Origin: Obrimoposthia wandeli
Lineage: Eukaryota
DNA: 64,000 bases
Assembly: GCA_977020255.1 (NCBI GenBank)
Contig: CDROCS010002188.1
Span: forward strand, 1-64,000
Direction of reading: 5' to 3'
Below the pieces are notes generated by a model that saw only the letters and a program-made list of their open reading frames with translations, was not told where the DNA came from and did not search any database. Position 1 is the first letter of the stretch. Each line of letters begins with the position of its first letter. A program made the translations under genes and the position numbers. Of this stretch, positions 21,924-34,850 are shown piece by piece.

Positions 21924-22014
21924 GTGTTGAACAAAATGGAAAGGGTCTTAAACGTAAAAGAAATAATTTAAATAGTATAAACAAACGTCTTAAAGGTACT
22001 ATTTTTCAAAATGA
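21924..22014 (+). pseudogene. C-terminal remnant of the pX-like gene of element M
   Basis: VEQNGKGLKRKRNNLNSINKRLKGTIFQ aligns with the Polinton A protein tail QGGSGFKSKKK..NKRKNVEGTIFAK; cut at the 21923 terminus. Confidence 0.7.
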
Positions 22015-23212
22015 CTAGTGTAAATTCTGAATTGTGTATTTTCGATAGACCATTGCAACATGTAGTGATTGAAAATTCAAGTTTTGAAGAAATATTTCCA
22101 ATCAATTCAATTACTGGTGGAAATTTAAATGTCATATAATTTAATATTCATGCATCTGAAGAAGATTATCTATATTGGAATGATACTTTGCTAAATATTA
22201 AATTAAAAGTTGTAAATTAAGATGGTACTGATTTAATGAAAGATGTAACTCCAGAGAATTACGTTTCAAACTTTGTTTTGAGATGTTATTCTAACACTTA
22301 ATAATGTTAAGATTGAAGGAGGTAATAGATCATATACTCATAAGGCTATTTTCGATACTCTTTTGAATTTTAGTAGTGATACCAAGTAACCTTGAATTCT
22401 CCGGGTATGATGATCATGCAGAAAGTCGTAAACAATGGATTAGTGAATCTAAAATATTTTCATTGTGTAATTCAATTAGATTCTTTGATCAACCAAAATA
22501 TTTAATTCCAGGAATTAATGTTCATTTGAGATTTATGAGAAATCAGCATAATTTTTCGCTCTACTCAGAAACTTCAAAACCAATTATTCAAATTCTAGAT
22601 GCCAGATTGTATGTTAGACGAGTAAAAGTTGATTCTTCAATAATATTTGGACATCAGTTAGGTTTGCAAAGTCAGAATGCAGTTTATCCAATTAGAAAAA
22701 CTCAGTTAGTATCATATTCAATTCCTCAGGGTTCTTTAGAAATTAGTAAAGATCAAATATTCGGAGACTTTCGTTTACCAAAGCTCATTTTGATTGCTTT
22801 CAAAGCTACACCTCAGGGTGGTAATGAATACAAAGTTACATATTCTAGGTTCAATACATTTAATGTTTCAACAATATCATTAGCTAGAAATACAGAATAT
22901 CGAGAGACTTATAATCTAAATAATTTAAAAAATTCATTAGCATATATGCAGTCAATTATTCGAAACATGAATATTTTAGATAAAAATTTGAATAATGGTA
23001 TCAGATTTTCTGATTTTAAATCAAAAAGTTCAATTTTCACTTTTCTATTAGCACCAGATTTTGATATAAACACTACTCAAGTACCGAAAACTGGCAATTT
23101 AAGGCTTGAAATTAGATTTAATTCTCCTTTGACTGCTCCAACAAGTGTTTTGATATACGGAATATTTGATTCCGAAATTCAGATTACGAAAAATAAAACT
23201 GTGATTGTATGA
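22011..23212 (+). pseudogene. Major capsid protein of element M
   Basis: MTSVNSELCIFDRPLQ.. to ..YGIFDSEIQITKNKTVIV; clearly homologous to the Polinton A capsid; stops and frameshifts in the first 370 nt. Confidence 0.9.
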
Positions 23213-23585
23213 AGTAAGTATATTGTATATTATTTTCTTTATTTAAATTAGTACTTTAGAAATTTATAAATCCGGAAAAATATTATTGAATAACAAATTT
23301 AATGGAGTATATTCATTGGTTAAAATTTCATCATTAAAACCCAGGGGCTACTTTATCAATACTCATACTTCAAATCTACCAGGTGAACATTGGATAGCAA
23401 TATTCGTTGACAGGTTCGAGATTCGAGTGTTTGATTCTTTTAGATTCTATTATCCTCCAAAGTTGGTGTCTACACTTGAAAAAGAAAACATTCCAATCTA
23501 CTATAATCGAATTAAATGTCAGAATCCATTAACTAAAATCTGCGGACCTTTGAGTTTTTTATGGTTGAAACTTCAATACAAATAA
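23209..23585 (+). CDS. Adenain-like protease of element M, with a 38-nt intron (23214-23251)
   Basis: Spliced MN-TLEIYKSGKILLNNKFNGVY..PGEHW..VFDS..QNPLTKICG; open to the stop at 23585. Confidence 0.88.
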
Positions 23586-23629
23586 CTTTCAAGTATAAAC
23601 AAATATATCTTTGAGTATTTCATTTTTTT

Positions 23630-24095
23630 CAAAAGGCTTTTATTGATTTAGAGTGTTTTATTAATAATAATGGAGAATATATTCTTAAAGAATTATGTAT
23701 AATGTATCATTTATGTGAATGATATGACTTGTCCATTTCATTACGTATTTAAAAATCAAATACCGTGGAATAGTTTATCATTTTCAGTTAAAAGAAAAAA
23801 TCTATATTTGATAAATCGTCATCATCATCAGTTATCCTGGTTTGAAGGTGAAAGCTCTGATATTCATATTGATGATCAAGAAACAATATTCTATGTTATG
23901 GATTCTATTGATGGAAAGAAGATTAATTTAGTAAAACGAATGTTTCCAAATTTAAGAATTGTAAATTATAATAAAAGTTTCAAAAATTTAAAGTAAATGC
24001 CAAAAAATATTCGATGTCCATTTAGAAAACACGGAAAATATTGTGTTTATTTAAAATGTTTTTCTATATGTATTGATTATGTAAATTGTATATAA
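23630..24095 (+). pseudogene. Small Polinton accessory protein with D-x-E-x-F..KEL and C-terminal C..H..C motifs
   Basis: AFIDLECFINNNGEYILKELC / HYVFKNQIPW / HHQLSWFEG / CPFRKHGKYC; one frameshift and one stop. Confidence 0.55.
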
Positions 24096-24119
24096 ATAAA
24101 TTTATTAATGATATTTTAT

Positions 24120-24325
24120 TTTATTTTTAAATATATAATTTAAGTTATTTAAATTAATTTTACCATAATCCTTTAGATGCGTAAGGCTGGGAAAACTTTG
24201 ATCTAAATTTTAATTAAGTGATAAGAGTGAATTTTGACCTAAATTTTCACATAGAATAATTGATTGATTACTATAGGATTCCTTAACTTATGCCAAATCT
24301 AACCCTTAACTTGCAAACTACCATA
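24120..24325. repeat. Third, truncated copy of the subterminal arm
   Basis: ATATAATTTAAGTTATTTAAA..CTGGGAAAACTTTGATCTAAA..TTCACATAGAATAATTGATTGA matches 16560-16850 and 17965-18205. Confidence 0.85.
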
Positions 24326-24769
24326 ATGTGAGCAGTCTTAGAACAATTTATATAAGGGAATTCGTCAAATTATATTCGTACTTTCAATTTAAAATTATTT
24401 TCATTAAAATAAAATAATTGACCGATTGGTAATTACATATTTTACTATTTTTACATTATTAGTTTTAATTTTGTCAATATAGTTTTAGTACAAAATTGAA
24501 TATTTGAATAAACATACAGTTGAACTTTTAGTGCAACTGTAGCTTTTTATATTTAACAATATGTTCTTTACTCCAAATAATGGTAACATCTAAATTCCAA
24601 ATTAAGAAGATAAAATGTATGTAGTTTATTTTAAATCTCATCCCAAATATTTGTTTTTGCAATTTAAGGTTAAATCCTATTAATAATAAATTTAACTATC
24701 TAATATGACAATTTTTTAAATTTGACTTTAAAACATATTTACTTCTTAGATTTGATTATTAGTTCTCGT

Positions 24770-25000
24770 CTTCTTTACCTGCACTTAGCTTTTCACAAAA
24801 AACATCCAAATTTGTTTCTGATTCATTGTGGATTTTCAACAATTATGCAAATGTTTCTTATTCGCTGAATGAGCGTTCTGGGATAGTTGCTGACATATTC
24901 TTTTACCAACTATTAAAATGATTTAAACCATGAACTATGTTTGAAAGTTGGCTTTTAAGAAGTCTCTTGTGTGAAACTTTTTTTACACAAACGTTATCTT
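24770..25000 (-). mobile_element. Possible hAT C-terminal remnant
   Basis: SATIPERSFS followed by STMNQ in an interrupted translation. Confidence 0.3.
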
Positions 25001-25659
25001 GGTATTTCTAAATTCGAATCAGCGAATAATTTAGAGATATTAATGTTACTTAGGCTCCTAATTATTAGTATATACCGGCGTTAGAGCCAGATATAAGTAT
25101 AGAGAAAATAGAAAAAAAAATGAAACAATTTACAAAACAGAAAATGAGTTAGAAACTTCTAATTGAAATCAAATATCAATTCTTTACAATAAAATTCATG
25201 CATTAATCTACAAAAAGGGTGACAGTTAAAATAAATTTTTAACTTTTTCTACAATTTTTGATTAAGTGAATAACTTTTTTACCATGAAATTATTTCAGAA
25301 TCAGAACTTTACCAAAATCTATAATTAAATACTCATCCATGTCCCCTTCGATGTAATTTTTTTCAGTTGTCTAATTTTATATTTTTTTTGCTAAGGACAA
25401 TTATATACATTTATGACGTTAATTTTTCGAAAAACAGAATGTTTTCAGAAACCTATCATTGTGATTAAACGGATAACTTTAGTTTAAAATTGCAATATCG
25501 ATCATTGGATTAGGTACACTGCATTATCTTGAAGGCGGAAGTTGACATGTGAATTGTATAGCACCAGGTGTTAATTCGCAGATATTTATCAATTTTGAAG
25601 CGTTTTGTTTACATGTAGTACCACCAAACAACTTATCATTAAATTAGTTCCTAACAATT

Positions 25660-25774
25660 ATGATGAAGTGGATCTCTCGTCAACTAATTTTATTGCTTCT
25701 ATTATTTTCCATCGAATTGGTATCCAGTGTGCCAACAGAGAACAACAGCACAACAGCAGAGTCATGGAAATACG
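25660..25774 (+). CDS. Putative signal-peptide exon 1 of a secreted lipid-binding protein
   Basis: MMKWISRQLILLLLLFSIELVSS-VPTENNSTTAESWKY; phase-1 donor G|GTTTGA is compatible with the acceptor at 26773; donor is weak. Confidence 0.5.
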
Positions 25775-26772
25775 GTTTGATTCTATTTCATTTTCAGGTC
25801 TACAGTGGAGCTTAAGAATCGCTTACAAAGTCTAGATGGATTATTGTTTTATAAGCATACTCATATAACAAAATGTCATAGTTAATAGTTATTAACTGTT
25901 GAAAGAAAGTATCGAACAACTAGAAAAAATGGAATAAATTACCCGTTAGTGTTGCAGAAGCTTCAATTCGAGAAATAAGAAAGAAAGGAATAAGGCTTAC
26001 TCCAATATATTTTGAGCAATAAAATAATTTTTATTTTGAAATTATAATCTCGTAAGGTAACCAGGAGGCTCTCACTTTGTTGAAAGTTTGAGTACATAAT
26101 GAAACTATAGAATAAAGAGTTATCTAAACATGCTCAAACGTCCAAAACGCTCAATCTTAATATTAGTTCATTAACGTTATTTGAATATAGTCAACGTTTA
26201 CAAACCCCCTGATTTACATTCCAATGGATGTCAAGATGTTATAAGATATCCTTATACCAAGCTTTGTCTGATTATGAAAATATCACAATATAGTGAACTA
26301 TTTTTTATAACGTATATTCATTAAAACAATAAAACTACGATAATAGAAATAGGAAATGTTATAAAACAGCGTGGTGTCTTTGCCACTAAACGCACGGCTC
26401 AACGTTTATGTAAGTTCGTTTGATTGTTACTAGGTTAATGTCGGCTAAACAAATTCCCACGAACATGATCACAAATGGTTAAGTTGAAGCTTCACAGTAA
26501 TCATTCTATGGACCCAGATCTTCCAATCCACTGATTATTCAGCCTTTCATCAAACATATGTCAAACATCTAGGCCAATGAGCTGAGTCCCCGTCGTGAAT
26601 ATAGATATGTTAGTTGAAGCAGTTACTTGTTAAAATTGAAAAAACTATTTCATTTAGAATAACATAATACATTTGAATGTTCATTAAGGTGTCAAAATGT
26701 TTAAGGTTCAAATACTTTACTTGTTAGTGAAAAATGTATCAAACAACTGAAAGTTCGTTATTAAATTGTCAG

Positions 26773-27206
26773 TTGCCGCACTGGCAAGGCAAGATGTATC
26801 CCAGGAAAAAGACAATACAACAGAGATCAGAGAAAAGGAGAACCATTGTCAGCAGTTCAGTGACGGCTTGACAGACCAGATGGTAACGGAACTACTGAGG
26901 TCTCTGCAGCTGGACGGGCCTCTGCCCAGCTACTTCAGCTCGCCCATCAACTTGACGGAGGTGCGTGCCCACAATATGCACCTGACAAGGCGGTCGTGTC
27001 CAGTGCTGGCGCGGCCAGGGCCTGATGCCAACAGCTGGCATGTAACCTTATGCCTCGAGGCGGGGCCCAATGTGGGTATATCTGCGGTGGCCAACTACCG
27101 TGTCTTATGGTTCCAGTACGGTCCCGACAAGCTCAGGCTCACGGTGCCCAATATCACTGCCGTTGTGGTGGTCAACATCACCTTGGGTCATGAGGTCACC
27201 ATCACC
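26773..27206 (+). CDS. Exon 2 of a secreted TULIP-fold (JHBP/takeout/group-7 allergen-like) protein
   Basis: GC-rich exon, acceptor TTGTCAG|, donor ACC|GTAATT; alternating beta-strand pattern and several N-glycosylation sequons. Confidence 0.65.
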
Positions 27207-28427
27207 GTAATTTATTTTCTTATCCCCTTTAAACCAGACGGAAGAAATGACAAGAAAACGTTTAGTAAGTTTAATCTAGTTCCAGAATCATCGTAGTTGT
27301 TTGTGCAGTTAACTGGATTAATACTACTCACTATTTTCTCAAGTGTTCTCTTCATACTGCCGATATAAACTGTTTTTAATCCTTGTTACTTTCCATGACT
27401 TTAGATAATGAATATTAATAACAAATGAATTTACAAAACAAAGAAATCAGATGATGGCAAGTCTTTAGATCGTGCTGTTAAAACCATTGACATACATACC
27501 ACAAAATCGTTGGCCTAAAACAATTCTTGTAAGATGAGCTTGTACTCCATTTGGCTAAAACACTATTTTTCGGGCATGTAATAGCGTTAAATAATGACGC
27601 TTAAATATGTCAAAGTAGTTTTCACCATTGATGTTAGTGTCAAAAAAGAATGGGTCATAAATATGGTTGCTGAACAAACCAATCAACACATTGACTTTTA
27701 GACTTGAATGGCTCTTTTGGATGGTTTCGTGTGGTTATTCAAACCCGCAAATTCTGTGATTATGTCTATTTACTGAGCCATCCAGCTTAAATGTTGATTC
27801 GTTAGAAGAAAAAAAGATTTCGAAGGAAGTTATCATAATTTCCATATTTTTCAACAAATTTCCACAGAGACTGACTCTCAAAGCTAAATTATCTCCATGA
27901 AGCCGCTGTGTCAACTGTATCTTGAAGGGATTAAACTTAGCTTATCTCGCACAACTTTATAGATTGTCATATAGTAAATATTTTTTCCTTGGCAGCTTGC
28001 CTGAGTGAAGGTTAACTAAAGAAATTGATGCCCCATACACACTTCCGGTTTCTTTAAATTTATAATAAATCTTCCTTACAGTGTTTTCATAACAGATGCA
28101 TTTATAATGTATATTTTTGCAATTCCCGTCACTCTAATGTGACTGACTCAAATTTGGCCATAAGTAACGCTGATTTCTGTCCATTTCAAACTTAAGTAAA
28201 ACAAATAATTTCACATATTGATTTAAATAAACCTTTATTATTAATTACGACTTAAATTTTGTAATTCGAAATAATATTTGACTCTTTCAGATATATAATC
28301 GATTATTTCAAAATTTAAATATTTTGGGCTACATAACAGGGTGACTGAAACCCCATAAAATACACCCGAGAGGCACGTTTCCGGTACAAATGAGAGAGTA
28401 GGGTTAAACAGCTGGCCTATTCTCAAG

Positions 28428-28646
28428 ATTGACAGTGTGGATGTGAAGATCCCGGGATCGGCGAAGCTTGTGGGCAGGGGCAGTGGCGTTTTGGTGCGCT
28501 GGAGCAACTCGATTAGCTGGATCCTGAACACCAACGTGCTACCAGCCCTCTCCAGCACCTACGGCCACGATCTGCGGCGTCTTCTACAGAGGAGGGTTGA
28601 CCTGTTCATGGAATTCCTGGTGAATTTCATGAAGATGTGGCACTGA
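28428..28646 (+). CDS. Terminal exon 3 of the same secreted protein
   Basis: Acceptor CCTATTCTCAAG| in phase 0; IDSVDVKIPGSAKLVGRGSG then a long amphipathic helix to the stop; spliced product 255 aa. Confidence 0.65.
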   Translation: MDSVDVKIPGSAKLVGRGSGVLVRWSNSISWILNTNVLPALSSTYGHDLRRLLQRRVDLFMEFLVNFMKMWH

Positions 28647-29059
28647 TCAGTTCTCATCTCAGGCACTGGACTTCATTATGAACTGATATCTGATCATTAA
28701 CTTTTACCTTTACTTATATTTACGCCATTTTAAAAAATAAATGTTTATTAAACAATTATGCAAAAAAGTTAAATCTTCCGTCTATAATTCTTCAATGAAT
28801 TGTGTCATTATTTGACACAATTTTTTTTCAGCCCAGATTATTTTTTTTACAAATGATGTTAAAACATTAATTCACAATAATTCACAAAATAAAATAGGTT
28901 TTATTTCATCATTATTATTCATCGTTAAATCATAGAAGTTTCAAAATTAGGTACGACGCCAACGAGCTAAGAAGTTATTGATTTCATCTATTATGAAAGA
29001 CCAATAAGATGAAAATCATTAAACAACTTCATTACTCATATATATAGGTGCCATAATAT

Positions 29060-31588
29060 TTTTTTTTCATTAACCTCTGGGCTATCGCTAATCTACTTCC
29101 TTGCAATCATCCCTGCATTCCTCCATATTTCCACCAACTGATCTTTTAGCTTATCTACTTCGGTTACTGAAGACACTGAATCTAGACTAACGTCCATGTA
29201 GGTTGATTGCAAAATTGTCTCACTGGCTCTTGGATTCTTCACTTTAAAAGTTTCTGCGTTTACTCTGGTTACCAGTTGAGCCAAGAATGGTGAGGCATTT
29301 ATTCCAAAGACTACTCTCTGAAATTCATACATTTCCTTCTGATTCTCTCTATTTCTCCATAAGAACCTTATCCATGGCCGGTCTTCCTTACATACCTTGA
29401 TCTGTAAGTACATCTCTACTACTTCTTTGATACATCGGTGTAAATCCAGGTGGTCAGCTCCAATCAGTATATCAACCTTCTTCTGGGACTCTGAATTCGG
29501 AAATGCAATACCTGCTAAATGTTGCCATTAAGATGATTCTTCAGACCAGTTTATCACCTCCAAGCTGTCAGCAATTTCCTCCAGGTTCAACATCTTTACT
29601 ACTCGTTTAAGTTTCCCATTTCTGCTGCTAATTTCGGCTTCTATCTCTTCACAATCTAACTTACGCACCTCACCATCAATAACTTCCACAGGCAGTTCTA
29701 TTTTTGTACCTCGTGCTCTGAAAGTGCAAGCTATTTCCTTACTTATATATGATAGGGTACTAGCGTCATCTAATAGTGCGTTCGCGCATGTTTCAATTCC
29801 TTTTCTCCTTATTATCACTGACACTGTCCTTAGCACTATGAATGCGCGTGCCTTCTGTTGATTGTCCTTTATTACCATTGTTTGACCTACTATTCTTTCC
29901 CCCCTTTGTCGTGCAGAAGCCAGTGATGCTTTTCGTGGCATCCATATGTCTGACATAACTGGTTAAATCTACACTTCTCTACTGTGTGATTACTACGTCA
30001 GCAATTCTTGCATATTTTCTCTCTATCGACCCACTTCTGCCTCGCTGCCACTGTCAACTCTCTAACTTGCTCACATTAATCAGTATAGTGGTTGGCTTTA
30101 CATTTTGCACATTCGGCCTATCTTTTGATTCTTGTAGATTGGTTTATACCGTTTTCCTGTTCCCTTTACTATTCGCAAAAAAAAGTGTGATGGTAATGAT
30201 GTGTATCATTGTTCCATCTCCAGTGTTTTTCAACGTAGATGGTTCGTATTCTTTGATTCTCACGACTTCCATTAACCTCATTGGCTCTTCTTAGATTCTC
30301 ACTTTCTTGCTGGGCCCATATCTTTACGTACTTATATTTTCTTTATCCCTGTTTTGTTGGACACACTTCGTCCAATCCTTCAGTTCTAACATTGGCAACT
30401 TTCTCAAAAGCTTGTTGAACAGAAACCCATTTCCAAGATCAACTTTGTTGCCTTCTTCTCTTGCTCTGATTACTATCTTGTTTGTTAATAGTACAAGTGC
30501 GTCCAGATCTTAGTCTTCTCTCCATCTTATCACTCTAAACATTTCAACTTCGTCCACCAAACCTCTATTATTTCTTTCCCTTCCTCCGTATCTTTCTTTT
30601 AGCAATCTTAAAGTTTCGTCATAACTTGCATCCATGAACCCAAGGTTTTGAATTAACCTGTAAGGTTCACGCCTCACATACTCCATCAGTTGCAGCATTT
30701 TTTTCTTGCTTTGACGCATTGGTCTGATCGATGACAGTATCAAATATTGCCCTCCAACTTTCGTATTCCTTATAGTCCCCGAATAAATATGAAATCCTAA
30801 TCTTTTTTAGCCCCTTCCATACATTTTGGCCTGACTTATTTTCCCTGAGTTCATCTCTCATATTCCTTGATTCTTTTGTTGTCCTATTTTCAAATTCCTT
30901 TTCTGCTTTTGCTATTTCACTCTTTATTTCCTTTATCTTGAGTTGGTCTTTGTTTTTCACCGCCTGCTCCAACTCTATGTTCTTCTGGTCACTGAATCTT
31001 CGTACGATATCCCTATACCTCTTTCTCTTGTCTGAATCCTCTTCCGTATTCCGTGCTTCCGTCCATTCATCCCCAGCCAATATTATATCCAATCTCGTAA
31101 CCCTCTCTGCTCTTCCATTGTTTTCCTCCCCCATTCTGCTACCATGTTTGAGGGAATAACATCATTTGATGTTATAGGGATTTCTGATAACATTGTTACA
31201 ATTGTTACAAAATGGTAAGTTGAAGGTTGAGAGGATAAATAGTGACTGGAAAATTGTCGAGATGATGATGAAGGTTGAGGCACCGGAATATTTGAGGGAA
31301 TAACTTCATAAATAAAAACATAAATTCAAAATCACAATTTTTTATTGATTTACTTTAAACTTTTAAACTATAAACTTTATTCTTAACAACATTAACTTTT
31401 AAGTTACCAACTACCTTGGTAAAACACCTGGTAAATTCATGTTAAAAACCTTCATAAAAAAGGACCTTCATCACTACTTCTACTACCCACCTATCATCGT
31501 CATCTACTATTTAATTTATTTTATTAATAATATTTTAATGTATTTAATTCCATTCTATTTAATTCTATTCCATTACCATTCTTCAACA
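29060..31588 (-). mobile_element. Bel/Pao LTR retrotransposon, internally deleted and 3'-truncated
   Basis: Gag (GDYKEYESWRAIF..LLKERYG), protease ALLDDAST, RT MYLQI..FLW..RVVFGINASPF..YMDV; about the first half of RT and everything after RT is missing. Confidence 0.9.
31145..31588 (-). repeat. 5' LTR (444 bp, TG..CA) followed by tRNAi-Met primer binding site
   Basis: Minus strand starts TGTTGAAG, ends ..AAACA, then TGGTAGCAGA (31144-31135) immediately before the gag ATG. Confidence 0.75.
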
Positions 31589-31658
31589 AGGTTCTTTAAA
31601 GATGATTTTTGAGAAAATATTTTTGTTGTTGTTTTTCTACTTTATCATATATATGATA

Positions 31659-33088
31659 GGTTTGGTTCGATCTTAGTCAGACCTTCGAAGGTCAGACTTT
31701 TAAAGGTCAAAAATTTTAAAATAAATTTTGGCGCAAAATTAAAAAGTTATTAAATCACTTGTACATCATTTTCTGAAAAAAAAACTTGTACAGGAAATTT
31801 TTTACCTTAAAGATTTTTTCCCATAATTTTTTTTCTTCAAATTTTAACCTGTAATATTAGCCCCCTAAATCAGTTAGTTTTGACCATTTGTTTAAAAATA
31901 TAATAATCGCAAAAAATACACATCTAGATAATTCATCATATTTGTTTATTCATCAAACTTGTAGCAAATTTCAATATCAAATGTTCGATTTCAATCCAAA
32001 CCTGAACCAGAACTCGTTGAACCAAAAATTCAACTGATTTGGGTTCCAAAAATATTTATCTTAAAAAATCATAAAAAACTGATTTTATCTATTTTGTTAT
32101 TAACCATAAGTGCATACAATTTCAGGTAGAATTTAGATTTTTTTTCAAAATAAGATAAATTGCATGTATGATGAAAATGAGCTAACGATATTATCATTTG
32201 AAGAAAAGGCCGATATTACATAAACTCTACATCCAAATATAAAACATAAAATGTGTTGCAAATACTTTTATTCAGTTGGAAGTTCAAGATTTGGATTTAT
32301 TAAAGAATTTATTGGTTGGTGCATAAACAAGTTGAAACAAATTAAAAACTTCAAATATTGTAAATATAGCTAGAAAGCTTAATTTTAAAAAGCCATCTTA
32401 GATTCCCCAACACGATGGAACTCAACTTATAATATGCTTCAACGGTTTGTAAGATTTGAATACGTTTTGTTTTGGTCTAATGGCTACCTAATAGACAATG
32501 GATGGTAGCGTTTGAGAATTGTTCGCATAATTAGTTGAAAGTTTTAGGATTGTTAAAATTCGGGCTCCAAAATTGCAGAATGAGCTACTTAAGCGAATTT
32601 AAGCGATTTTTAATAAACTATGGATACAATTGAAATCAGATATTCAAAATGTAAAATGCGAAACCAAATTCACACTTGCTGCAAATCTGTATTCAAATAC
32701 CAACATCCGAGAAAATAGCTTTATTGATAATAAACTGTTAAATGTTGCAATATAATGTGATATATGATTCAGATTATTGTTAAATATTCGACAAAACCAG
32801 AAAGCAGATATTTACCCTAATAAAAAAGTAATCCAGTTTCAGGAAACGCATAAATTTGAATGTCATTACGTTATCAAGCGGTTCAAGTGGTCCTAGTTGG
32901 CCCAACAGCTCAAGTTAGCGTCGAGAGATCTTTTTCAACATTTAGAATAATGCTATCATCGGATAGGGCTCAATAAAAAGAGAATTCGCTACAAATATAT
33001 AATTTGTTAACTTAACAATTTTTCTTAAAAATGCATTTCTTTTGAATATTATTTTGTTTTCTATTTGAACACGAACCCGAACCAAACC
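31659..33088 (+). mobile_element. Degenerate hAT DNA transposon
   Basis: DSPTRWNSTYNMLQR (about 32400) and VSVERSFS (about 32915); inverted GGTTTGGTTCG motifs at 31659 and 33078. Confidence 0.7.
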
Positions 33089-34743
33089 GATATTTCTTTG
33101 CTATTGAAGTTATATAAAAATATAGTTAGAATAAATTTGAATAAATTGTCAATATTATCAAGAAGAAAATGTAAATAAGTTTTAAGGGCATCATATTTAG
33201 GCGTTACCTTGGTTTGCTCACACATTCTCTTCAAAACACATTAACACATTAACACATTCTCTTCAAAAGTATCTTGAATCAGCATTTCTTTTAAAATTGA
33301 AAACTTTAAGAGTCATTTGTGACCTTTAAAAATGATTTGTAGCTTTTTTGGTAGTCTTATTAATAGGAAGTGAAAACTTTAAGTTTACACTTCTGTCGAG
33401 AGATTCTCGGTGGTAAAAAAAGGTGACCGCAAAACGTTGTTTTTCGCCTTTTACAGTATGATGAAGACACCATCTTTGAAGGACGATATACTTTTCAGGT
33501 CCCACGACGTTTGAAAATGTAGGTCATTTTTTGAAAAATTATGTAGGTCATATAGTTGATGACCCAAATTTTTGTAAAAGAATGGCGACTGCTTCTTTTT
33601 ATTAAAGTTTTGGAGGCGCTTCTAAGATATATTGACCCTATATGTTTTCAGATTTTTCATATATTTTTTCATTTGACTGACATTTGGAAATTTGTCCGAT
33701 TTTCAGTACCCTCTTTGTTGCGTTTTTCTTCAGTTAAAATTATTTAATTTTTCTGAATAACGTTTGATTGTGTAGAAGAAAGAAAGCTTTACAACGTATT
33801 AAAAATCCATTACTGATTATTGCGTATTGACTGAGAAATCAATGTTTTTGAAGTATTTTTTTAAAAGGCCTTAAAAGGAAAATTTAGGGCTATCTGATTT
33901 CACTTTGCTTCATTAGTAAGAAAGGCATAAACGAGTTCATACATTTATATTTTTGTTCAATTTTGATTTTTGTCTAGCAAACGTGTTCTGAATATTTTAA
34001 CAACCGATGAACGCTACCAAATAGATCTCTATCTTTATTTTTGTGACTTTGTTAGGCACATCAAGATCAACATGTACGTTAACAAAATAAGAATGAAGGA
34101 ATATATTAAAAGAAAATTTCAGATATGAAGTAGAAAAAATAAAGTTTAAGGAACCCAGCAAACCAAATCTCAGTTTTATCTGACTGTGAGAGTCTCCAAA
34201 TTTCCAGGGCGCATGTCTAAACAATATAATTATCTGCAAACACACAAAACCGGTAGATTTCTTATTTACAGAAGCCTCTACAAACATTCACCTCATTTTC
34301 AGGGAGCATATAAGTTACTCTTAATTGAATGCGAAAAGTAGAAAAGTGTTTCAGCTCAATTGGAGTATTTTCTTCTTGCAAAATGAACTTGCTAACAAAA
34401 CATCTTCTAAAACGTACATTGCACTATCCGTAAACTTTGAAAGATTCAAGCAATACATTATGTGTAAAGTTTTTTAAAAAATCGAGAAGATCCAATGCAA
34501 ATTGAACCAAAAACAAAGTCACATTCACTGAAAATTCAAATTTTGAAATTTTTGATTTATTAGACAATTCTATGCTCTGAAATTAATTATAGGAAACATA
34601 AGAAAGGAATTTGAAAGTTTTGATTGGCAGTGACAGTGACTTTGAATCTCTGGACATAATTCAGAAATAAATATACACAGCTAGCTATCAGCTGTGCTAT
34701 CATATTGACGAAGAAACTGCAGGGAACTTGGAGAATGCCATCG

Positions 34744-34850
34744 TTACAGATAGTCCTCGGAGTCCCCAAACTCGTCCAGTACGTTAATTGGCTTTCGTTC
34801 GTTGAGCTTCCGAATTTCGCTGGCTCGATGAAGACGGGGATTGACAAACT
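34744..34850 (-). CDS. Terminal coding exon of the KIF19-like gene
   Basis: Acceptor CCCTTCTCCAG|, phase 1, FVNPRLHRASEIRKLNERKPINVLDEFGDSEDYL-stop; phase fits the exon ending at 42730. Confidence 0.6.

Noticed and set aside
21360-21971. 182-aa His/Pro/Thr-rich ORF and its antisense ORF
   Set aside because: Product of the C/A minisatellite; it runs across an element terminus into an unrelated gene remnant.
25775-25797. 23-nt intron after the signal-peptide exon
   Set aside because: Shorter than any other intron inferred here and leads to a stop within a few codons; splicing to 26773 fits better.
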